Shown here piece by piece: positions 42,111-58,730 of a stretch of DNA of 64,000 nt. The stretch is from assembly GCF_009914755.1 (NCBI RefSeq), contig NC_060926.1; one strand, given 5' to 3'. Position 1 is the first letter of the stretch. Each line of letters begins with the position of its first letter. Under the pieces are notes generated by a model. That model did no database searches, was not told the DNA's origin, and worked only from the letters and a program-made list of their open reading frames with translations. Source of the stretch: the human T2T-CHM13v2.0 reference genome, Homo sapiens. Both the position numbers and the translations under genes were made by a program.

Positions 42111-45100
42111 AAATAAAGGAGAACCCAGATTCATAAGGCAAGTTCTTAGATATCTATAAAGAGGCTTAGACTCCCACACAATAATAGTAGGAGACTTTAA
42201 CACCCCATTGTCAATATGAGATCAATGAGACAGAAAATTAACAAGGATATTCAGGACTTGAACTTAGCTGTAGACCAAGCAGACCTAATAGACATCTACA
42301 GAACTCTCCACCCCAAATCAACAAAATATACATTCTTCTCAGCACCACATCACACTTATTCTAAAATTGACCACATAATTGGAAGTAAAACACTTCTCAG
42401 CAAATGCAAAAGAATGGAAATCATAACAAACAGTCTCTCAGACCACGGTGCAATCAAATTAGAACTCAGGATTAAGAAACTCACTCAAAACTGCACAACT
42501 ACATGAAAACTGAACAACCTGCTCCTGAATGACTATTGGGTAAATAACAAAATGAAGGCAGAAATAACTAAGTCCTTTGAAACCAATGAGAACAACCAAC
42601 GTACCAGAATCTCTGGGATACTGCTAAAGCGATGTTTAGAAAGAAATTTATACTACTAAATGCCCACATGAGAAAGCAGGAAAGATCTAAAACTGACACC
42701 CTAACATCACAATTAAAAGAACTAGAGAAGCAAGAGCAAACACATTCAAAAGCTAGCAGAAGACAAGAAATAACTAAGATCAGAGCAGAAATGAAGGAGA
42801 TAGAGAACGAAAAACGCTTCAAAAATCAATGAATCCAGGAGGTGGTTCTTTGAAAAGATTAACAAAATGGGTAGACCACTAGCCAGACTAATAAAGAAGA
42901 AAAGAGAGAGGAATCAAAATGACACCATAAAAATGATAAAGGGGATATCAACACTGATCCCACAGAAATAAAAACTACCATCAGAGAATACTAGAAACAC
43001 CTCTACGCAAATAAAATGGAAAATCTAGAAGAAATGGATAAATTCTTGGACACATACACCCTCCCAAGACTAAACCAGGAAGAAGTTGAATCTCTGAATA
43101 GACCAATAACAAGTTCTGAAATTGAGGCAGTAATTAATAGCTTAAAAACCAAAAAAAGCCCAGGATCAGACAGATTCACAGCCAAATTCTACCAGAGGTA
43201 CAAAGAGGAGCTGGTACCATTCTTTCTGAAAATATTCCAAACAATACAAAAAGAGAGACTCCTCCATAACTCATTTTATGAGGCCAGTATCATCCTGATA
43301 CCAAAACCTGGCAGAGACACAACAAAAAAAGAAAATTTGAGGCCAATACCCCTGATGATGATAGATGCAAATATTCTCAATAAAATACTGGCAAACTGAA
43401 TCCACCAGCACATTAAAAAGCTTATCCACCATGATCAAGCTGGCTTCATCCCTGGGATGCAAGGCTGGTTCAACATACAAAAATCAATAAACATAATACA
43501 TCACATAAGCAGAATCAATGACAAAAAACACATGATTATCTCAATAGATACAGAAAAAGCCTTAGACAAAATTCAACACTCCTTCATGCTAAAAACTCTC
43601 AATGAACTAGGTACTGATGGAATGTATCTCAAAATAATGAGAGCTACTTATCACAAACCCACAGCCAATATCATACTGAATGGGCAAACACTGGAAGCAT
43701 TCCCTTTGAAAACTGCCCCAGGACAAGAATGCCCCCTCTCACCACTCCTATTCAATATAGTATTGGAAGTTCTGGCCACGGCAAGCAGGCAAGAGGAAGA
43801 AATAAAGGGTATTCAAATAGGAAAAGAGGAAGTCAAATTGTCTCTGCAGATGACATGATTGTATATTTAGAAAACCCCATCGTCTCAGCCTAAAACTTCT
43901 TAAGCTGATAAGCAACTTCAGCAAAGTGTCAGGATAAAAAATCAATGTGTAAAATTCACAAGCATTCCTATACACCAATAACAGACAAACAGAGAGCCAA
44001 ATCATGAGTGAACTCCCATTCATAATTACTTCAAAGAGAATAAAATACCTAGGAATCCAACTTACAAGGGAGGTGAAGGACCTCTTCAAGGAGAACTACA
44101 AATCACTGCTCAAGGAAATAAGAAAGGACGCAAACAAATGGAAAAACATTCCATGCTCATGGATAGAAAGAATCAATATCATGAAAATGGCCATACTGCC
44201 AAAGTAATTTATAGATTCAATGCTATTCCCATCAAGCTACTGTTGACTTTCTTCACAGAATTAGAAAAAAATTACTTTAAATTTCACGTGGAACCAAAAA
44301 GGAGCCCATATAGCTAAGACAGTCCTAAGCAAAAAGAACAAAGCTGGAGGCATAACGCTACCTGACTTCAAACTGTACTACAAGGCTATAGTAACCAAAA
44401 CAGCATGGTACTGGTACCTAAACAGACATATAGACCAATGGAACAGAACAGAGGCCTCAGAAATAACACCGCACATCTATAACCCTCTGATCTTTGACAA
44501 TCCTGATAAAAACAAGCAACGGGGAAAGGATTCCCTATTTAATAAATGGTGTTGGGAAAACTGGCTAGCCACATGCAGAAAACTGAAACTGCACCCCTTC
44601 CTTACACCTTATACAAAAATTAACTCAAGATGGATTAAAGACTTAAACATAAGACCTAAAACCATAAAAACCCTAGAAGAAAACCTAGGCAATACCACTC
44701 AGGAGATAGGCATATGCAAAGACTTCATGACTAAAACACCAAAAGCAGTGGCAACAAAAGCCAAAATTGACAAATGGGATCTAATTAACTAAAGAGCTTC
44801 TGCACACCAAAAGAAACTATCATCAGAGTGAACAGGCAACCTACAGAATGGGAGAAAATGTTTGCAATCTAGTCATCTGACAAAGCACTAATATCCAGAA
44901 TCTACAAGGAACTTAAACAAACTTAAAAGAAAAAAAAAAAAAAACCCCATCAAAAAGTGGGCAAAGGGTATGAACAGATACCATCTCATGCCAGTTAGAA
45001 TGGCGATCATTAAAAATACAGGAAACAACAGATGCTGGTGAGGATGTGGATAAATAGGGACACTTTTACACTGTTGGTGGAAGTGTAAATTAGTTCAACT

Positions 45101-45753
45101 ATTGTGGAAGACAGTGTGGCAATTCCTCAAGGATCTAGAACTAGAAATATCATTTGACCCAGCAATCCCATTACTGGGTATATACCCAAAGGATTATAAA
45201 TCATTCTGCTATAAAGATACATGCACACGTTCTGTTACATTGGTCTATGTATCTGTTTTGGTACCAGTACCATGCCGTTTTGGTTACTGTAGACTTGTAG
45301 TATATGGCAAAGACTTGGAACCAACCCAAATGTCCATCAGTGATAGACTGGATAAAGAAAATGTGGCACATATACACCATGGAATACTATGCAGCCATAA
45401 AAAAGGATGAGTTCATGTCCTTTGTAGGGACATGGATGAAGCTGGAAACCATCATTCTCAGCATACTAACACAGGAACATAAAACCAAACACTGCATCTT
45501 CTCACTCATAAGTGGGAGTTGAACAATGAGAACACATGGACACAGGGAAGGAAACATCACACATCAGGGCCTGTCGGGGGTTGCGGGCTAGGGGAGGGAT
45601 AGCATTAGGAGAAATACCTAATGTAGATGATGGGTTAATAGGTACAGGAAGCAACCATGGCACATGTATACCCATGTAACAAACCTCCAGGTTCTGCACT
45701 TGTATCCCAGAACTTTAAGTATCATTAAAAAAATAAATAAATAAATAAATAAA
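41452..45753 (+). mobile_element. L1PA7-type LINE-1 from ORF1 C-terminus through ORF2 and 3' UTR; inactive
   Basis: ORF1 end (aattttcaacccagaatttcatatc), ORF2 start atgacaggatcaaattcacat at 41716, ORF2p fragments 42216-44207 with many stops and frameshifts, 3' UTR, (TAAA)n tail. Confidence 0.96.
42064..42108. repeat. (AT)~22 microsatellite inside L1 ORF2
   Basis: Read directly. Confidence 0.97.
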
Positions 45754-48740
<2,987 letters not shown>

Positions 48741-49380
48741 TTAACGAATGAAACAAATCTGCTGGATCTATAAGATGCATACAAAGTTAAGATCAAAACT
48801 AAAACATCCAGAATATTTTACAAAAACTTAATATTTTGAAGTTGGCATATCAATTTCTCATTAATAATTGAAACAAGTAAACTAATTCAACCACATGTCT
48901 GTCTAAAGCTATAATCAATTGTATTTATCTATAATCATTTCTCCATTTATTTCTCCCTTGACTATGTTGTGAATTGTTATCATAGTTGATTTGTCTATGT
49001 TATAAATCTCTTCATTTTTTCAGAGTATTCTATAATCTTAGCCATAGGAATATTTTAATTAAGATTCAATTGTTTCAGAAAACTATGAAGCTAAATCATT
49101 TGGAGGTAACATGAAAGATTCACACTTTCTTCATTTTAGAAGCATTTTGCTGTTAATATCATTGATAACTTCAATACAGTTCGCCTTGAAATTGTAAGAA
49201 ATTGTGTCTTAAAACCTTACAGTAGTAATTCAAAAGATGTGGCTATTTTGTGCATATTTTTGTTTTAAACCAGAAATGCTTAACATGACAAATTGCCACT
49301 TTTTATAATGTATTTAATATTCTTGAAAAATGACTAAAAAATTTCAGGATATGACCAAACTAAAATTTCTGATTGGAAAA

Positions 49381-49835
49381 TGTACTCATATCCTATGGCT
49401 ACTATAACAAACTTCCACAAACTTGATGGCTTAAAACAACATAAATTTATTTTTTCCCTGTTCTAGAAGCCAGAAGTCCTAAATCAATATTACTGGGACA
49501 AAGTCAAGGTATCACAGGGCTGTACTTCCTGCAGCAGCTCTAAGAGAGAATCTACTCCAGTTTCTGGTGGCTGTTGGCATTTCTTGACTTGCTGCCACAT
49601 CACTCGAATCTCTGTCTCCATGGTCACATTGCCACCTTTCCCTCTGTGTATCTTTATCTACCTCTCATATAAGGTCACTTGTGAATGTATTTAGAGCCCA
49701 CTCTGATAATCCAGGAATCTCTCTGTGTCAAGACGCTTAATTCAATCTTATCTGCAAAGGTTCTTTTTCCTTTTAAGCTGTGTTCCAAGGATTTGGACCT
49801 GATATATTTGAATGGCTATTATTCAGCTTAGTACA
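49381..49835 (-). mobile_element. MLT1C/D MaLR solo LTR
   Basis: tgtactcatatcctatggctactataacaaacttccacaaacttgatggcttaaaacaaca..tattattcagcttagtaca. Confidence 0.88.
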
Positions 49836-50309
49836 GAAGTCTTTAGGTATACCATGGTTTTGGTTCTTCTCAACTTTTGCTTAGTGTAACATTCAATAAA
49901 TACTTGCATGTAGGTGTATTGTTGTTTTTAATTGTTATTTCATTTTAGAGTAATTTAGTAGACTCTCTTGCTTATGTTTTCATAGGTCTTTTTCAACTGA
50001 TCCTTTATTTTTAAAAATGGGGGTAACCAATGATGTTTAGAAATTAAAACCCATGCAACAGCGAAATGCAAATAAATTCTACAACTAAGGATACCAAATC
50101 AATTTTTTCTAGTTTAATCTATGTGCATATGAAGAAAGAAATAAAAATTAGCTAATAGTCTTGGAAAATATTCAGCCTCACTACTAATTAAAGATATGCA
50201 AATAATATTGATAAATTCCATTTTTTCTTTTTAATACTGAATAAAGCAATAAGTACTTAACCAGGTTTGACAGACCTTAACATATTGTCATATTGGCTTT
50301 AAATCTGTT

Positions 50310-50715
50310 TATAAAAATATACCACAGATGTAATGGAAGCCTCTTGAATGCCACCTCACTGATTTCATTCTCTCCTTTCACAGTAACTATCTGGAGTTTG
50401 GTGTATTAGCATTCCTTCACATGTTCTTTATACCCTTACTACATATTTGTGTGCTCTTTAAATCTTGACTAAGTGTATGTATTTATAAGCAATTAATATT
50501 GTTTGCATGTTTTAAAACCTTTTACATTCAAACTTACAGTTTGTGATTTTTCCGGGGTTGGATACAAATAGACTAGACCTAGTCCCATTCATTTAAACTG
50601 CTAAATCGAGTTTCCTTGTATGGCTATACCCATGTTTACTTATCCATTTTCCTTTTGATGGAAATGTTTCCAATGTTTCATTATTATACAAAATGCTTCA
50701 ATGGCGATAACATTT
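50310..50715 (-). mobile_element. L1ME 3' fragment
   Basis: cagtaactatctggagtttggtgtatt..cattcatttaaactgct..ttatccattttccttttgatgga. Confidence 0.55.
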
Positions 50716-50899
50716 TTCTTGTCTCAAAATGACAAGAGATTTAAAATTAAAATACTCCATGCTATGAGACTTACCGGTAGGCATGCAATTTGATACAGTC
50801 TTTCTGAAAAACAATTTGGCAATATGTACCAAGAACCTTAAAAAATGTATATTCATTAATCCAGTAACCTTACTTCGAAAAATGTACTGCATGTATGTG

Positions 50900-51067
50900 A
50901 GTGGTTCTGTAATCAAGGCCCCCAGATGAGCAGCATAAACATAAGCAAATTCTCAAGGCCCCACCTTAAACTTACTCAAGCAGAAACTTTGGGGAAGGAA
51001 ATAAGCAGTCTGTTTTGCCAAGCCCGGCAAATGATTCTAATGCACACAAATGTCTGAAAAACAACTG
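50900..51067 (+). mobile_element. MER5A hAT-Charlie element
   Basis: agtggttct..gcaaattctcaaggccccacc..cagaaactttgggg..agtctgtttt..tgattctaatgcacacaaatgtctgaaaaacaactg. Confidence 0.8.
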
Positions 51068-51393
51068 CTCTAGATAGATAATCAGAAAGACTCAAGGATA
51101 TTCACTTCAGAATCATTTATATTAACAAAGGTGAGACTCACCTTCAATATCCTACAAAGGGAAATGTTGATATAAATAATGAAACAATATTTATTGTTTC
51201 ATAGGGAATCATAGGGAAAAAAGAATGTAGGATGAAAATTGTAATTACATGGGAAAATGGCTTAGATATTATGCTATAAGAATAATGGCAGGATCTTCTT
51301 CTAAAAGGGGTTACTAAAAAAAAAAAAGACAGAGAAAATGGCAGGATCTGAAATTGTGTATATAGCAAAATTCTAATTGTTTTAAAAGAATAC

Positions 51394-51416
51394 ATATATA
51401 TATATATATATATATA
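51394..51416. repeat. (AT)n microsatellite
   Basis: Read directly. Confidence 0.9.
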
Positions 51417-52554
51417 CCATCCTATTCAAAATCATTCAATGAAAAAAGAATATCACATATATGTACACATACATAGTTTGAATTAATATATTTACATTTA
51501 GTTAATATACCACTCATTTATGCTGTCATTTATTACCTTACTAATTATACTTATTAGCTATGAGAATTTTTTTCATAGTTAATTTAAAATAAACATAAAT
51601 AAAAAGCATAAAATGCTTATGTTTTTATAATATAAACAATTGTTACTAAACTTTTTAAAATCCAAATACCATGATGCTTTAATATGCAAATATCTTCTCA
51701 ACAAGGATAAATTAAAGAAAGATGTTGTCTTATGCAATAATTAGCTTAACATTGATAGACGTTATCTAGATATAACCCTTAACTATAACATGTATTCACA
51801 CATATTCTAAAGTCTATTAATAGAAATATAGGGAATGTTAAAACTGGATGGTGTGATATCCAGTGAAATAAAGATGTAAATTCTATGTCAATAAAACTTG
51901 CAAATTTAAAAGAAAGAGCTTTAAATTCTTTGGCAGTTGAATTTCTATGTAAAGTTGCTAGTATTCTCTATGGCTGTCAAATGGATCATCATAACGTCAA
52001 GGTTCGTTTATATAATTTAAATGTTATTTATTCTGTTACACATAATATCCCCATTGATTTCAAAAAATATTATTTTGCTCACATCTGATGTACATATCAT
52101 GATCAAAATTTAATTTGAATTTTCCTGAACTGGAGAATAGATTTTGTCTGAGTGCTATAGCACTTACATTCAATTTTAACTTGTAATTATCAATATGTTT
52201 CTATTACATTCAGAGAATAATAAGGAATATGCCTGCAGCAAGTTTAATACCTTTAAATTCCTATAGATCAAAATGAAAGAACATGTCCCAGCATGCTTCA
52301 TATTTCAAAGGTTGAGGGCTGTTAACATTGTACTTTTATTAAAATTTCTATTAATTTTTTTGCTGTCAATCTGAATATAAATTTACTTTATCATTTTCTA
52401 TAGAATAAAAAATATAGAAAAATTACTTTATTACCAACTACTTATCTAGCCAAAAAAATGGAAAAAGAAATGTAGAAAAAGAAAAAGTCAACTATATCAT
52501 AGCCTAAGAATGGCCAATGTATAAACACATTTTAATATTTGAATGACACAAATA

Positions 52555-53182
52555 CACATTCATGTAGTCATTTGTCCAACAGATACTTAGTATTGCACTT
52601 CTACTGTGTGCCAATAATTGTGCTAGGCACTGAGGATACAATAATGAGCTAGACAATTAAGTTCCTGTTCTCAGGAAGCGTTCATTTTAGTGGGAGTGAT
52701 AGACTATAAACAGTTCAAATAGTGATAAAATGTGATAAGAAAAAGAAGAGTTTAACATCTAAAAAAGACATCAGAATTAAATATGAAAAGTGGAGAGGAA
52801 CATTTCAAGAATAAAGACTGTACAAAGACCCTAAGGTAAGAAGTTGCTGATAAGAAGTACTTCAAGAAGAGAGAGGAAGTTAGAGTGTCCAGGGATTTGT
52901 GAGCAAAAGAGAACAAGCTACACTGTAATCCCAGCACTCTGGGAGGCCAAGGCGGACGGATCACCTGAGGTCAGGAGTTCAAGACCAGCCTGGCCAACAT
53001 GGCAAAATCCCATCTCTATTAAAAATATAAAAAATTAGCCAGGTGTGGTGGTGGGCACCTGTGATCCCAGCTACTCGGGAACATGAGACAGGAGAATCGC
53101 TTGAATCAGGAGGCGGAGGTTGCAGTGAGCCAAGATTGCACCATTGCACTCCAGCCTGGGTGACAAGAGTGAGACTCCACCT

Positions 53183-53213
<31 letters not shown>

Positions 53214-53762
53214 GAGAAAACAAGATACAATATGAGGCTATGGTAAAGGCAGGGACCAGGGACCAGCATACCAGATTAGTCAGTTCTCTCTAAATCATAA
53301 CAGAATATTTAACATACCCTAGGAGCAATGGAAGGTCACTGGTGTGTCAAAAGCTTTCCCTGGCTAATAATAAGGATGAAAAGATGGTGAGAGCACAGAA
53401 GTGTTGCCAGAAGTCACACAAGAGGTATGGGACGTGGAATGAGGTAATGCATTTAAGATGAAGAGACACAGAGGTGTTCACAGTCTGTGTGGGGATCTGT
53501 GTTGGAAACAGAGCTTGGTTATAAATTAGATGGAGAATAGGGTTGGGCTGTGGGTGTGACCGGTGCAAAACTGACCCTCAGTTGACTCATTTGGAAATAG
53601 CAGAGTTGTGGTTTACTGACATGGAAGCACTGGATTGGCACAGACTTATCGTGTGCAACATCGGCCACATTAACTTGGAAATGCCTGTAAAACATACGAG
53701 GGAAAATATCACAAACATAATCTGTGGCTCAAAGGGGAGGTCTGGGCTAAAAATCCAAATAT
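52555..53762 (-). mobile_element. L2 LINE split by an Alu
   Basis: cattcatg..caacagatactt..ctactgtgtgcca..tgtgctaggcactgaggataca; later gctcaaaggggaggtctgggctaaaa. Confidence 0.75.
52923..53218 (+). mobile_element. AluSq-type SINE, ~20 bp 5'-truncated, poly(A)-(GA)n tail
   Basis: Starts ctgtaatcccagc; gacaagagtgag diagnostic; TSD aacaagctaca (52912-52922) / aacaagataca (53219-53229). Confidence 0.94.
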
Positions 53763-54461
53763 ATTTTTTTAATTTTATCTTTCACTTTAAATAAAATGTT
53801 AATGCATGACCATTGGGGAAAAAAGCATTAAAAACGACCATAGAGTTCTTTCTCTACATGTGTACACACAATTATTATTTACAAAAAAAAAAGAATTATA
53901 TTATTTTTAATCTGATTTTTAACATTTTGAGCACAGTTTCTTCAGGTAAATATAGATTCCTTCTGTGATATGTAACTTTACTGAGCATATAATATCGCTT
54001 AATATATCTATACTGTAAATTATTAACCCTGTTCTTAGTTTAATATATGTAGATGGTTTCTAATATTTTGCTACAATAAAGAGCATTACAATTAACACTC
54101 TTATATGTCTTTGTGTAATCACTTAGCAAAATTCATAATTCATAAGAAATACTATACAACATGTGTGCTTAATGTATATAGACAGGATGAAATTAATGTA
54201 TCACTTGTAACTAAGAAGTGAGAAATAATGTAGTGTTTTCTTTGCAAACTATAATGAAAAATTTTGCTTGCGATCTTAGATGTTTTAAAGCTGCTTGTGG
54301 GAATACATATTTCATTTTCTATTAGGAATCAATTAGGTGTGAAAATTTCTCAGTTCAATGGAGGATATGGCCACTACAAAATAAGAAAAAAAAATTATTA
54401 CATTAGAATTTCTAACTTCCTTCCCTTTTCACCCACCCTAGAAGCCCTCTCAAGAATGTCA

Positions 54462-54765
<304 letters not shown>

Positions 54766-55640
54766 CAGTGTCAAGAGTTTTAAACATCCCTAATGAAGGA
54801 TAATCATCTTTTGCTTCTGGAAACCTGGCTTGCTTGTGTCTCCATCCACATATCTGTCTTTATCTCTCTCTAATCTCAGTTTGCCTGAGTCATACCACCA
54901 TTTATAGTATAGGCTAGCACCTTTTCCTAAAATCAAGAGCAAAAGAGAATCATTTTTCTAAGACCAGATTTTTGAAACCAGCATCCAGGCCTGCACCCCA
55001 GGAAATACAGGAGTATCTGATGAAAGCCATTCCATTCAGAGGAGGATGCTCCTCCTTCTTTATGCTTTTTTCCAAAATACTTCAAAAACAACCACCACAA
55101 AAAGACATGTGGCCAATCTGTCTCCTTTGAGAGTCCACTCGCTGAGCTTGGAGGGGTGCTTCCTGTTCTTAGTCACAGATATTATCTAGATATTTCTAAT
55201 GCCCCTTCCTTCCCCCAGTCCCACCTGCAAACTGGAATTGAAGAAAGAAGTGTCTCAAAAACATTAAATCCTCTCTTGCCTGGTGAGATATCTTTATTCC
55301 TGAGTAACTCCTCCAAATAACACCCCTGAGTCTCTGAAAATGTAAAAATTGCCTGTCTAGTTGAGGCAAATGAAGGCTAAATCGAGTCATAATTTCCCTC
55401 TAGATTCTCATTCACCTCTAGCTGTAGGAAGCATCACAAATACAGAATTGATGAAAAGTGTATAAACATATTATCCAGATTCTCAGGCTGTCACAGGGAG
55501 CATTTTTTGTTGTTGTTCTTGATTTTAATGTAAGCAAAGCTGAGCAGTGGGAGTGTTCAGGTTTTAGAAGAGATTTTTCTTTCTGAAAGATAATATTTCT
55601 CATTCTGAATGATTTTCTTCTTTTTCTTTTAAATTCCAAG

Positions 55641-55712
55641 GCAAATTCTGAAATCTGTTTCGACTTGACTTATTTTTGGATCTTCACCTGTATCTTAATT
55701 ACGTAGCAAGAA
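55641..55712 (+). other. Candidate 72-nt exon (non-coding or UTR)
   Basis: Long pyrimidine tract ttttcttctttttcttttaaattccAAG|G and donor GAA|GTAAGC; stops in all three frames. Confidence 0.35.
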
Positions 55713-55854
55713 GTAAGCACAATTGATGAGCAATCCATGTCCCTAATCTTTGATTTGTTATGAATTGTCTTTGAACTGCTTAAGATAGCCACAACTGTGT
55801 TTTGGTAGCAAAGTACTCCAAACTCTCTGCTCCCTAATACAAGTTAACAGTGGT

Positions 55855-56130
55855 CGACACTCAGGGATTCTGGCAGATAGAGCAGCCACCATTTCAGATG
55901 TTGCCAGTTGACACACGGAAGAAAAGGAGATTGCTGCAGGGTTTCACAAGGGCAATTCAATGCTCTGGCCCAGAAGTGACATGCTCAAGTCACTTTCGGT
56001 CACATCTCATTGGCTGGAGCTAAACAGATGGCCCCACACCACCAAAAAGAGGCCAGGAATTACATCCTAATTTGTCTTGTAAAGCAAAAAGCCAGAAAAA
56101 TACGAGAAGTGGCAATAGGGACCATCCCGG
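55855..56130 (-). mobile_element. Old MLT1 (I-L class) MaLR LTR fragment
   Basis: gagcagccaccatt..gcaattcaatgctctggcccagaagtgaca..gtcactttcggtcacatctcattggc..ggccaggaa. Confidence 0.65.
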
Positions 56131-56374
56131 ACCCCTAAAAGAAAGTTCTCTAATTAAAAATAATTTTTTTCTTTGAAAAATTGTGTAGGGAAAATTGAGT
56201 AAAGCTTACTGGATAGCAAAATATAGAAAAGCTCACATTTTTCAGTTCCTTGTTAAGAGTCTGGCTATAGAAGTAATATTCCACCAGCTGCATGTACCAT
56301 TTCTTTGTAAATAACAACAATAAGAATAACAGAGGTGATTACTCTCTTATCTCCAAAAGCACATACTTTGGGAC

Positions 56375-56700
56375 TTCTGTCATTTATACATTACCTTTGT
56401 CCAAAAAACTTTGAGGTAGTTTACAAAGATACATAAAGCAAAACAGCATAAGAAAAAAACATAAGTCAGGAGAAAGGGGAAGGAAAAACAAGGAGTTAAA
56501 AGACAACGCTAAAACAAAATTAGAATCCAGTATCTGTGACAGGAGATCTGGTATACTTTTCTAGAAGTCAGTGATAAATTTGGCTCTGAACATTCCACGA
56601 ACCATGCAAAAAAAGAAATACAATCAGTGGTATGATACATAGTATCTACAAGATAAAAGCAAATTGTGTTATGAGAAGTAGCACAGTGATATCAGCCCTT
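56375..56700 (-). mobile_element. Possible L4/RTE-X LINE fragment
   Basis: tccaaaaaactttgaggtagtttacaa resembles the recalled L4 end motif. Confidence 0.35.
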
Positions 56701-56989
56701 GGGTGCCCATGAATAGGGCATGTTTAACATAGGAAGCAAATGCAGAAAGCACATCTACACTAAGCATAACCCTCTAAGGCTGAATCTTATATCCTTTACT
56801 ACACCCTCACAGCCACACAACACATTTTGGTATTATTTTAGGTTTACTGATAATTATTATGATGGCTTAGCTGTGTTTGTCAATATCCTACATCTTTAAA
56901 ATCATCTAGAATTTGAATGGAGCAAAGAAATAAGGTTTCTGTCTCACATATAACATTTGTATAAACCACAGCACACAGAGGAACATAAA

Positions 56990-57175
56990 GGCTACTGAAT
57001 GTGGCCTTTAATTGTTTGTTTACTTCACACAGCACTGTTTTTGAACTTGAATTTGAACGTTTTTAGGCCTAGAATTTATTCTCCAGTTTGGCCATAATTT
57101 CTCAGCACTTCCTACTGTGGTCCAATTTATGTTCTCCATGTAGCCCCTGTAGGAATTTGAGTTTGAAACCCTTGG
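56990..57175. mobile_element. MER102-like hAT element
   Basis: tctccagtttggccata..cacttcctactgt..catgtagcccctgtaggaatttgagtttgaaacccttg. Confidence 0.45.
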
Positions 57176-57344
57176 TACATGACTCAATAAAATAAAAGTT
57201 TCATAAATTCAGTGTCTGTTCCCTCTGTACTAGCTGCTTTGAGGAAATATAAAACAAAAAATAACTATACTCATATTTCTCAAACAGCTGAGTCTGTTGG
57301 GGAAGATAATAGCAAAACATTTAAGAACATATAGTACTAAAATG

Positions 57345-57545
57345 ACAGTAACTATAGCATATATTTTATGGCTTTTTATGTCTTAGCAAGCTATTTTGCA
57401 TTCATCACTGCAGCAGGTTCTTTCAGGAGCCCCATGAAATAATCAAAACAGAGATTATAGTTCCCATTTTTCAGATAAAAAAACTGAGATACAAAAATGT
57501 AAGTTGCCTGACCTTAAGGCACAAGGTAAGTCACAGGTAGCATAA
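57345..57545 (-). mobile_element. MIR SINE
   Basis: ttcccatttttcagataaaaaaactgagatacaaaaatgtaagttgcctg. Confidence 0.65.
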
Positions 57546-57949
57546 GCTTCATGGAAGACTGTTTTCCACAGTTTTACATCCTACACAGCACCACATAGAG
57601 TTGACTTTTGATAAACATTTCTAAATTAATAAGCAAAAGAACCTCTGTATCAACATATATATTGACTCATAAACATGGGCAGTAAAAGAAGCTTATAGTT
57701 CAGAACAATCAGAAGCCACATGGTCTATATCATACCCAATGTTTTTGGGATATGTAAAAGCCAGACACAAATTATGACCCCAAGATACTTGTAATATGTA
57801 GAAAACATTAATAAATGAAATATATGTGTAAATATGATACAATATATTGTAAATATGAAAGGGACAAGTGATTACTCTTAATGCTTAGAAAATCAATGGA
57901 TTTACTCAGAGGAAAGTATCCCAGAGTTTGTGAATTTTAAAAAGAAACA

Positions 57950-58730
57950 AGTTTACAAGTTCATTTATTGCAATATTATATATGCAATACGAAAATATTG
58001 GAAACTACCCTAATGCCCATAAATAGAAGCTACTTGAAAAAACTATGGTGCCTCTTCACAATGGGATATTATTCAATGCCATAAAATAATAATGAAAAGG
58101 ACTATGCTAATATAGGTTATGTTTAGGCTGATTGCAAAGTGAAAACAGTCAAAGTGTAGAAAAATATATGTGTGAGCATGCATATGTATATATATCTTAT
58201 GTGTATATATATGTACATGCATACATGTACGTATATATATGTGTTTATATACACACATACATATATAGTATGTGCAATGAGATACGAATACACTCCTATT
58301 ATATACACATATTATATATAACACATATTATATATATGCGTGGGAGATAGATATGCACACACACATTTAATTTCATTTGTAAAAAAAATGAAAAAGATGA
58401 GAAAGAAACACTGGCAGTATAAACTAAAAACTAATAAAAACGGTAGGCTCTGGTGTACGTAACGTGGCAAAAAGGGATGAAAGTGAGACTTTTATGAATA
58501 CACTTTGTTACAAAGTTTTGACTTTGGAATTGTACAAATGACTTATACATCTAAAAAAATGTTAAAATATTCAAAAGCAACCTCTAAAAGTCAAAAACAA
58601 TTTGAAATAAATGAACCTAATTGTATACCAAATTTGTGACACAAGCATAGAAAGATTCATTTCAAGTGATCCTAGCAGAAAGCACAAGGCTTTGACTGCA
58701 TATCCTTTGTAGTTTATATTCTAAGAGCAA
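57950..58730 (+). mobile_element. L1MC/ME 3' fragment containing a (TA/TG/CA)-rich low-complexity tract at 58165-58365
   Basis: gttcatt..ttggaaactaccctaatgcccat..aaactatggt; aaatgaacctaattgtatacc. Confidence 0.6.

Noticed and set aside
55418-55639. Minus-strand 73-aa ORF with basic NLS-like start (KRKRRKS)
   Set aside because: TTG start; the basic run is simply the reverse of the plus-strand pyrimidine tract
58073-58350. Overlapping Y/I/C/V/H-rich ORFs (also 33280-33633)
   Set aside because: Translations of dinucleotide repeats
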